DNA of 64,000 nt from the human T2T-CHM13v2.0 reference genome, Homo sapiens. The stretch lies in NCBI RefSeq assembly GCF_009914755.1, contig NC_060942.1; one strand, given 5' to 3'. Positions 1 to 9,430 of this stretch are shown piece after piece. Numbering within the stretch: the stretch's first letter is position 1; each line of letters starts with the position of its first letter. The position numbers and the translations under genes were made by a program. The notes below the pieces were generated by a model. The model saw only the letters and a program-made list of their open reading frames with translations. It was not told where the DNA came from and did not search any database.

Positions 1-971
1 AACAAGGAGAAAACAGGCAGGCTGCGGACAATTCCCATGACCACTTTCCTAAAAAGTTGCTGTGTTTTAATTCTTTGATTATTCTGTCTCCCCCTCCCCC
101 AAGCACTCACTGGCAATGATCGCTTCAAGGGAGAAATAATGTACTATAAAGCTCTCTGCATGGTGAGTTTGGGATAAATTAGGGTACACCTTTCAAAATG
201 CAAATCTCGCACACACATATTTTTTTCCCAAAGCCCCGCTTTCCTGGGAAGGGGACTATCCAGGCTTGCCAGACCCCCCACTCCACCCAGGGGATGGCTG
301 GTTCCTTGCTAATTCTTGCCTTAGGTTTTATCACTGGTTCCTTCAAACATCCAACCCCCCCACCCCCAACACACACCACCATTCACACCACAATCAGATT
401 ATTGAGGCACACAGCTCGACAGGGAGAGTTTACTGTTACATTTAAATAAAAATTTCTCTTTGAATTTGTCACCTCTCTCCCTTTTAGACGGCTGCGCTCC
501 TGCTACTCTAGCCCGGAGCAAAGGATGAGGAGACCACCTCCTTTAGTATTTTCAGCACCACGGCGATGGACAGCACCCTCGGTCCTCGGCCGGCCAGGAG
601 CCCGCGAGTCCGTCCGCTCAGCGTCCTGGGCTCGACCGGTGCAGCCTTCCCCATCCCCATCTTTCAGGTCGCTGTACCCAAAAATCCAAGCCCCGTCTCC
701 TCGATCCCCTCTCTCTTTCTCTTCATCGGCGCCCGCTGCTCTCTCCATGGCATCGTTCCTATCAGCACCTCGCCTAAAACCCAGTCTTGCCCCAGCGAAC
801 AGCTCCCCACGCACCCCAGCTCTGGTCTCCGCTGCCCGAGCGCCTCCCTCCACCGCGCCCGCCCGAGGCTTCCTCTCGCTTAGTCCGCCGCTCGTCAGTC
901 GCCGGCCGGCCGGTCGGCCCGCCAGCCCGCTCCTGCTCCCCGGCAAAGTTGGGAGGGAAAGGTGTACTCAC
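1..971 (-). other. CELF4: CELF4 intron 1 (5' part)
   Basis: Follows the GTGAGT donor on the minus strand; RRM homology stops at the donor. Confidence 0.93.
551..577 (+). promoter_or_regulatory. Non-canonical (8-bp spacer) RE1/NRSE, candidate REST site
   Basis: TTCAGCACC-ACGGCGAT-GGACAGCACC: left and right RE1 half-sites with an expanded spacer. Confidence 0.7.
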
Positions 972-1257
972 CTTTGTGCATGCCTGTGAACCTGTCCTTC
1001 AGAACCGTAAGCTCGTAGATTTTGCCAAACTCCTCGAAGAGGGGCTTGAGGTCCTTCTCATCCAGGTTGCGGGGGATCTGCCCAATGAACAGCTTGATGG
1101 CATCGTGGTCCTTCATGGGAATGGTCGACGGGTTCCCCGGGCTGTGGCTTAATCCGTTCATGTGCCCGGCACTGCCCGGGCTGCTGCCGAGCCCGTTGGT
1201 ACTGAGGCTTGCGTTGTCAGCCTGTCCGTTTGCTAACGTGGCCATCTTTATATACAT
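972..1257 (-). CDS. CELF4: CUGBP Elav-like family member 4, coding part of exon 1 (N-terminus and first part of RRM1); gene continues leftward beyond the window
   Basis: Translation [95 protein letters not shown](G) is recognised as CELF4. It contains RNP2 (LFIGQI). It ends at a consensus donor AAG|GTGAGT (GT at 971-970), giving 286 nt and a phase-1 intron that splits RNP1. Confidence 0.97.
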
Positions 1258-1285
1258 AGAGAAAATCTTCTTTCCTTTTATTCTT

Positions 1286-1540
1286 TCTCGCTCACACTCT
1301 CTCGCTCCTCTCTCTCGCTCGCTCGCTCGCGCTCACACACGCACACGCATACACACACTCGGGTTCTCTCCCCCTCGGTTTCTCTACACCTCGCTCTCCG
1401 CTCGCTCTCTGCTCTCTCTCTTTCTCCTCTTCTCTCGCTCGCTCGCGCTCGCGCTCTCTCTCTGCTCTCCCCCCTCTCTCTCTCCCTCCCTCCCTCTCCT
1501 CTCTCTCTCCCTCTCTCTCTCCCTCTCTCCTCTCTCTCTC
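1286..1540. repeat. Compound (CT)n/(CTCG)n/(CA)n low-complexity tract
   Basis: Direct reading: ctctctc runs, gctcgctcgctc, cacacac. Confidence 0.9.
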
Positions 1541-1552
1541 GGTCTGATCTGA

Positions 1553-1597
1553 TTTTTTTTTTCTTTTTTTCTTTTTTTTTCTTTTTTTTTTTTTTTT
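1553..1597. repeat. T-rich tract (A-rich on the CELF4 strand)
   Basis: About 45 nt of T interrupted by three C. Confidence 0.95.
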
Positions 1598-1859
1598 ACA
1601 TTGAACAGACAGGATCTCTGTCCTTTCCGTTTAAACAGGCTGGACCGGTTCAAGTTCCCAGCCAGACCAGGGGTGGGGGTGGCGAGTGTGCGCGCGCGGA
1701 GGAGGGCGCGGGGGGCCGGGAATGGGCGCGCTGTGGGGGCCCGCGCCACGGCGGGCGGCGGCCGGGGGCAGGGCGGCGTGGGGCGGCGCCGGCCCCACCG
1801 CGCCTCCCCCGTCGGCGGCCCCGCGCCGTGGCGATGGTACAGTCCGAGACGGCCCCCGG

Positions 1860-1869
1860 CTATAAATAG
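1860..1869. promoter_or_regulatory. MEF2 consensus site (also reads as a + strand TATA box)
   Basis: CTATAAATAG matches YTA(W)4TAR and is embedded in GC-rich DNA. Confidence 0.6.
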
Positions 1870-2019
1870 CGCCAGGCGCATGGCTCTTCGGGAGGCGCTG
1901 AGATTCCGGGCCCGGCGGCCGCGGGGAGCGGGTGTCCGTGAGGAGCCGGGCAGCCGGCCTCCTCTCTTTGCCTTTTGGGGGTTCTTTTTGTAATAGCAGC
2001 AGGTGCAACTTTTTGTATT

Positions 2020-2029
2020 TTAAAAATAG
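2020..2029. promoter_or_regulatory. Second MEF2 consensus site
   Basis: TTAAAAATAG matches YTA(W)4TAR. Confidence 0.45.
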
Positions 2030-5000
2030 TGATTTTTATTTTCGTGTGGGTATGTAGGGGGGCTTTATCCACCAAGCTATGCTCTATTAGGGCGCCAGGC
2101 GGGCGAAGCAAAGGCAGGGATGGCGGGCGGGGCGGCGGCGGAGGTGGAATGGGCGCTTTTTTCTTCCATCTGGCTTTATTTATTTATTTAGACTAGAAAA
2201 GCGAGCCGGCTTGGAGGGAGTCCGCCCGGGGATCCGAGCGCGCATTCATCAGTGTCGAGAGAAAAAAAGCTACATAAATATATATTATGTGGATAAATCT
2301 ATAGACAAGAGCTCTCTCGCGCGCGCTCTCTCCCTGTCTCTCTGTGTGTCTCTTTCTCTGTTTTTTTTTCCTCCTCGCACCCCCAACCTGCCAGAGCAGC
2401 CCCACATCTTCCTCCCGCCCGGCATCTACCGCCACCCAAGCCACCTGCCAGGATGGCGCTGGGAGCTGTCGGGCCGCGCCGGGGGGCAGAGGGACGGGGA
2501 GTAGAGACTCGGGGTCCGACCCCCGCCCCAACCCGCTTCCGAAGGCGGAAGGTGGGGGTCCCCGTCCCGGGCGGCCTCCCCCGCCCCGGAGAGCGCGGCT
2601 GGTCCGCCGGTGGCTGGCGGGAGGAAGGTAGGAGTCGGGCGCCCCTGCCCGCTCGCCCGCCGGAGGGGGAGGAAGGCGCTGGGCGCGGTGGCCGGTGAGC
2701 CAGCGCGGGGGATGGCTTGATTTGCCCTCGTCTGCTTTACGGGTTCAAATAGAATATATTTTTTTAATCACCATCAAAAGAATAAAGCCCCTGAATCGCT
2801 ATCTGGGTTGCCGCCGGACCGAGACTCGCGCGGCGTGCGCTGCCCCCGCGGGTTTCGTTTTCGGCACCTACAGCTCCCGAGGTGCGAGGCTGAGTCGTTC
2901 CTGCCGTGGGGACCGGGGGTCGAGCCGCCCGGTCCGGACCCCGCCGGACTCCCCGCCAGGCCCACTGGGGCTGGCATCTCGGCTGCGCGGGAAAGGGAGT
3001 GGCAGGCGCGGAGCCGGGAGCAGGGTCCGAGCGGCCCCGCCTGTAGGGGTGAATACTGGTGGTGAACTTGGCTGGGGTAGCAGATTTTCACGTTAATGAT
3101 ATTTACCTGCACCCCGTCCTCTCTCATGTTTGCTTTTTCAGGGCAGCCTCTTCGCTTCAGAAGCCTGGCAAATTGAAATAACGCGCCCGCTCCCCCGCGG
3201 GCTGCGGGGCTGGGGAGCTGGGGCGGCGGGGCTGAGCGGCTGGCCTAACCCCCGCCGGCCCTCGGCTAGCGACTTTCGGGTTTCAGGGTTTCTCTTTTCT
3301 TGCCCTCGGATTACATTACGTTACTAGAGGATATGTCTGCAATTTTAATTAAAGAAATGAGACCCCAGCTGCCTGCAAACCCAGGCCAACCCCATTTGGT
3401 ACAAGCACAATACGGAGCTCTCCAGCGCCGGAGGAGGCCCGGAGGCCCGAGGTTCGCAGCCCCAGGCCCCGAGTCCGCTCAGGACGCCTCTCTCTGAGGA
3501 TCCCGGGCCCAAACCAAAGAGCAAGTATGATTTTTAGAACTGTGGAACTTCATCCTTTCATTTTAGCTTCTCCTGCCTTTGCTTGCCGGAATCGGGTGTA
3601 AGTATAGTTAATTCGTCACTTGGTTTACCGGGTTTACGTTATCCGGTGTTGTATGCTGGTCTAAGAATCGACCAAGTAGATGACTCGAACAGAAACTCAC
3701 ATATAGAGCCTTTGCCATGTGGTGGTTGTGTATTTGGTGTGCCTTTGAAGTGCCCTGATAAGGGGGGCAAGTCCCTGCTAAGCACTTGGAGAGTTTGTGT
3801 GTGTGGTTTGGCCGTGTGTGCCTGCTTGTGTGGATGCAGCGTGGGTCTCTGCACGGACCCTGCGTGTATCCACACTGCATATATGTGTGTGTCCATACCA
3901 GGTTGAGACCTCCTCCTTCCGGTCCCCTAGGACACATCAGCAGAGGCTATTAACTCTGTCCAAGATATCTCTTCCAACATCATCCTGTGGTGCTGGTGCA
4001 TGGCACCCAGGATCCTACAGCTGAGTGGCATGTATTTTCTGCTATCACAGGGGAGTTTAGGAGAGTAAATTCCTGCTCGAGGTCTGTTTTTCTCTCCTTG
4101 CCTCTCAACCCCTGAAAGCAAAGCCCGGACATCGGAAAGGGAAAGGGGCCAGCTAAGGGCAGCTGGAAAAGAAGGGAACTGCTCAGGGGAGAGTCACTGA
4201 AGTTCACCCTCCTCTTCCTGCCACCACCCAAGGCACCCCTAGGTCCAAGTAAATTATTCACAGGGGGTTAATTACTCATGTTATTATTAATAATAGTCAA
4301 TACATAAATAATAGCAATCGTTGGGCAGGAGTGAGCCAGGGAGTGGGCTTGTTAATGAAAGGGGGCACTGGCTATTTCAGATGCCATGAAGACTCCTCCA
4401 TTCTGTGCAGTGCCAGTTCCCTCCAGGACTGCTCCCCTGCCCTGTGCACCACGGCCCCTCCTGGTGTCTCTTCATCCGTGGACTCAAAGCTGTGGAGAGC
4501 TGCTCCTTCCTTAGAGATCCCCACCCTCCCCCTTCTCCCACCTGATGATGGCTTATTTTGGATTTGGGTTATCTCACCTTAGCAGGTGGCACAACCCTTA
4601 CCTCTCATCTTTCTGACAGATATATGGCGAAATGTCCTCCCTCCCAGCTCCTGCCCCAGGACACTAAGTCCTGTCTAACTGAGCTACCCAGTGTAAACAG
4701 CAGCAGAAGCAGCTTCTGTTTAGGCATCAGTCTCTTAAAGGTGCAGATCTGGATCTCTTAGGCTCCTACCTCTCCTCCATAGCAGAGTGTTGGGGATAAA
4801 ATAACACAGACAGGTGTCTCAGACTAATGCAATAAAAGAGCAGGACCCTTGAGAAAATAGTATGAAACATGATTAGGTTGGCTCTTTGGTATCCTCACCC
4901 TTGATATTCTAGGAAGACTTGAGTTAAAATTTTTTTTAACCTTAGATCATCAAAGAGAAATGTAATTAGAGAAAGATGGGCAAAGTATTACTCACTGTGA

Positions 5001-7539
5001 CATTTAAGCAGATTTAACTTTCCCTCCAAGTGCCACTTCATGGCCACAATTATTTCACCCACTGAGAGAGAGGGAGAAGGCTAGCAAATGGAAGTGGGGC
5101 TGGGAACAATTGCTTCTCATTTTCTCTCTGGGCTTGGTGTTTATATGTTGTTGCTGATTCATCTTTGGGGGTGTTAGAAAGTCCTGTGGGGGATTAGGTT
5201 CAGGTGGGCTAGCTACTCAGGCCTTGCCAATACCTCCTGTTCCTTCGCTTCCCTTTGCTTCTCTCGTTCCTCAAGGAGGGGAGGGAGCCCTCACTGGGCT
5301 CAGCTTCCCTCCAGCTGAGCCACTTGTCACTGGTCACCCTCTTCTCTCTGACACCCACTGAACTAGCAGCCCTGGCCATGGCCGCACAACCTCAGGCCTG
5401 CTTTGGCTCTCCTGCCTGTAAATCTTCTCTTTCCCCCTCAATTGTGAACTCATGGAGGGCAAGGACCCAGTAATCTGGTCTCTCCTCCTCCTCTGCAACC
5501 CCTTCTGGTAGCACAGTAGGTGCTTAAGATATAGTTTGTAGATACCGGTGGCTAATCTGACTTGGGGAGTGGTGTCAACACTATATTCATATGGGCTCTA
5601 AGGAAGGGGAGCTGCAGGGCCCCAGGCGGACACTTTTGAACAGGTAATTTAGAAGACCCGCAGCAGTTCAGCATCCTGGGTCTGCACTGCTTTACTTGGA
5701 AGCATCACCACTCAGTCATTCTTGCATTCATCCAGTCTTTCTGACCTCCCTCTGGAAGCAGCCAAGAAAGGACAAGGCTGCAAAGATCTCACCGTCTAGT
5801 TAGACCAAAGTCATACCCAGTGAAAAGCCCCAGAACAGCAAATGGCAACAGATGGTTAAATGTCTTCCAGGCCTGAGGAGTTCCACATAGGAGAAAATAG
5901 AAAACAATCCAAGTTGCCTGTGATGATCTGTGATGGGGGTAGTAGCCTTAAGGAAAGAGGCAGTGAAGAAGGCAGGATGCAGAGGGGGCCAGATTGGTGG
6001 TACGCTGGGTGATGCTGGGGATTTAAAACTGGAAGGGAGAAAAGCAGGGATTACTCCAAGGTTATGTTGAGACCATGCTGAAAACAGAGCTGAGATATAC
6101 ACTGGGCTCCCTAACAGACCAGACCTCAAATTAAACATCTCTATGGAGCGACTGCTCTGCCCAGACCTGCAGAGGGCAGTGAGGGCAGGCTGGAGGAACG
6201 GAGACTCCCCTGTACTCTGTATAGGGCTCATGTGCTGTTTGGGCAAAGAAACGGACTCAAAGAGCCAAATGGCCACAAAGGGTATGATCCAACTGAAGGG
6301 CAAAGTGAAAGGAGCAGGCTGTGTGGGCTACGGACCCCCAGAGAAGGTGGAGCTTGTGTGGGCAGTGGCACTCAGGGAAGGCCTTCTGGAGGAGCAGGCC
6401 CTGCTGGCCCTGTAGGAAGGGGTGTTTCAGCTCAGGAAGAGGGGAGAGAGGTGGCCTTTCAGGTTGAAGTGGTGTTTGGAGTTGCAAGGCCTGGAGTGAG
6501 GAGTGGGCTCTGAGTTCTTGCATGACACACAGAAGGAGGAGGCTCCCATGTGGTTATCAGTTTGGTAGGCAAGATGGGGCTTTGCAGGCAGCCTCAGCAG
6601 TATGGTCTTCTCCACAAACCCAGTGTGTCTCTGACCTGGAATACTTCAGGAAAGTTCAGTGATATAAAGAACAATAATTGGGGCAAGAAAGGAAGAGAAA
6701 AACAATCCCTACTGCCTTTTAGCTAATATTGGCAGCCTCCTGCTACTCAAGTAGACAATTGAAGGACCTCCTGTCCTGTTGTGAGCCCACAGCAGGTCTG
6801 GGCATGAAGGAAACCCACTGGAGGGAGAACGCTGTGTGTTTGGGAAACCCAGGGGCTCCCTAGAAGGACTGAGCTGTCTCCAGGTCTCAGACAGGTGCCA
6901 GGGCTGGCAGAAGAGGGGTCTCAGAGCTGTTTTTCTTGCTGGCTGAGCCTCAGGGCCATACTGCCTCGGTCTTGTGAGGGGAGCCCTGGCTCTGGCAGGG
7001 AATGGTTTTGGGAGTCCGTGGTCAGCTCCTGTTCCAGGCTTTCATGCTAACCCTGGGGGTTCGCCTCACTTGTGCTGAGGACAGGTAGGAAATGTAGAGG
7101 CAGTGTGAGAGGCGGAATGAAGGGACCCCAGAGTCCCAGACAGGGGCATCCTGTGTGATGTGGCCAGGAGAGCCAGAACTCAGCAGTGGGGACCTGACTC
7201 ATCACTCTCCTGGGCGTCAGCTTTCTCTTCTATCAAGTGGAGACTGGGGTCCCTTTCTTCCACCTTCCTTTCCTTCCTCATATCACATCCAAAAAAGATG
7301 AGACAGTGGCACGTCTGTGAGGCTGACTAATCAGTTTTCATGTAAAAATTATTAAGGTGACAAGAGTGGGGATTGAGGGTCTAAATGGGCTATAAAAGAA
7401 TGTAGATAAATTTGATGAACTTAATTGCACTGAGGGGTTAGGAGTTTACTCCTTATCTTCCCCAAAGAATTGACTTTTTTTTTTTTAAAGGGCAGTGCTC
7501 CATCCAGCACAAGCATGTGGTTTTAGCTGCATTTAGGTG

Positions 7540-7755
7540 AAGCTGGCAGAGCCTGTGCTCTGGAGCCAGACTCCTTGGCTTCAAGTCCTGCCTCTTCCAC
7601 TTTTTAGCTCTGTGACCTTGGGCAGGTTGTTTAATTTGTTTGTGGCTCAGTTTCCTCATTTGTAAAATAAAAAGAGAAATAAAACCTACCTCATAGAGGT
7701 GTTGTGAAGATTAAATGAGTAAATGCAGGTAAAGTGCTTAGATCAATGTCTGGCC
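7540..7755 (+). mobile_element. MIR SINE
   Basis: Core tgtgaccttgggcagg...ctcagtttcctcatttgtaaaat...acctacctcatagag...gattaaatgag. Confidence 0.85.
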
Positions 7756-9234
7756 AGCCAATATTATCAGTGTCACTAACAGGCCACTGGGGGCTGGGGT
7801 CCTGCTGAAGCCCCCTCCCACCTCCTACAAAGGAGGAGGGGCATCCACCTCTGGCTGGGGCTGGACTTGGTGTCCAGACTTGAGATGGACATGCTGTGGG
7901 TGTCCTTACAAGCTGCTCAACTGTTCTCAAGGTGCCCCTTGGGGAAGGAGGCCTTCTGGGATAGTAAGTCCTGCATCACAGCCTCTTCTTAGGACCTGCT
8001 CTGCGTAGTAGCTGCCAGCACTCTGGTGGTCCCTTCTTCTTACCTGAGAGGTGTTGCCTCAGCAAGTCCTTTTAATTGTGATGTTTTACTAATTAGTTTT
8101 TAATTATGTTAATTTATTGTACATGAGCCCTGAGGTTTTCAGGCACTGGGCTCACTTTGGAAACTGGAATAGGAAGTTGTATTTATTACACACACAATGC
8201 TATGGGTAAATATCACTTCAGCAGGGCCACGATTTCTCTGATAATGCCATTAGATCAACAGTTTCTACCTGGGCTCTCTCTAATCCTAACATTCCCCACT
8301 GCCTCCAGGCTCCTACACAATCCTTCAGATAATGCAATGCCTCCAGGCTGTGCATGTGACATGAAGGAGTGAGGTGGCTGGGTGGGGCCAGGGGGACACC
8401 AATTGGACACAGTCTCAGGAAGGTGAGACTATAGGACCTTTGCACCATGCTACATCTTTAAAGGGTGGTTGTCTGGAGACCTCGGACTCCCCCAGCTGGG
8501 TGGACCCTCCTGGTCACTCACTCGGGAGCTGGGTGCTTGACTTCATGGCCTGGGGAGAGGGAGGGAGAGGCTGAGGATGGAGGGGGCACAGGCACAGTCA
8601 AGTAGGGGGCTGCAGCTATGGAAGGATATAGGCTTGTGTTCCAAGGGTGGCAGGTGGCCGTGGGTTGGGGGTTTGCAGAAGGGCCAGCTCTTAGGAAAGG
8701 CTCAGGGTGGGGACTCAATGACCATATGCTGACTGGCTGATAGTAACACAGAAGAGGGTAATCAACAGTACAAGACCAGGACAAAGAAGATGCCTGGGTA
8801 TTTCGGAAGGATACAAAGGGAGAAATCACTCCTCTGACCCCCAACACACATATGCTGAGGGGGAGGGTCACCATATTGGGCCCATTTTCCATAAATCATT
8901 TCTGCTCTCAAAGGATGAGAATTTGCTGCCATTAGGAATGTTTAAGAGATGTCAGAGGTTTTCAAGAAAGTTGCCATATCCCCCACAATAATTTCTAGAT
9001 GGCATTCTTCTTTTAGTAAGTTTAAAGTCTTCCAAAGTGTACATGGAATTGTATATATACATTTTGGTGTCTTATTAAACAGATACATTAATATAAATTT
9101 TGTTCAAAGAGTACAGTTTAAAGAAATACAGTCTGTAAATACAGTTGGATATTTATTGCTTAAAAATGTATATATCAGACTTAAGTTACTGTACTTTTTA
9201 TATACATATGTGCATAGGTGCACGCATTGTTTTT

Positions 9235-9430
9235 AGAAAGAGTTTGGACTTTGAAACCAGACAGATCTTTAACTTACCAGCCATGTAAGCCATGCTCTCA
9301 GAGCCTCAATTTCCTCATCAGAAACATGGGTATAACAGTGCATATGATTGTCATGATGACTAAAAGAGGTAATACGTACATAGAGCCTGCTACATGGTGG
9401 GTGCCCAATAAATGTTAGCTATGATTATGA
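9235..9430 (+). mobile_element. MIR SINE (degenerate)
   Basis: ctcagagcctcaatttcctcatcagaaacatgggtataac...caataaatgttagct. Confidence 0.7.

Larger units (their letters stand above)
1258..1650 (-). other. CELF4: CELF4 5'UTR / TSS region (upstream limit uncertain)
   Basis: Directly upstream of the ATG inside the CpG island; on the mRNA strand it is GA/CGAG/UG repeat-rich plus an A-rich tract. The TSS cannot be fixed from sequence alone. Confidence 0.6.
490..3520. promoter_or_regulatory. CpG island / CELF4 promoter
   Basis: Very high GC and CpG density (CGCGCG, CCGG runs, GGGGCGG Sp1 boxes) compared with the CpG-poor remainder; spans exon 1. Confidence 0.92.

Noticed and set aside
895-971. C-terminal part (EYTFPSQLC...) of the 120-aa ORF 895..1257
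   Set aside because: Read-through past the consensus GTGAGT donor; RRM homology ends at the splice site.
503-3497. Many overlapping Arg/Pro/Gly/Ala-rich ORFs on both strands
   Set aside because: Expected from stop-poor CpG-island and microsatellite sequence; no recognisable domain.
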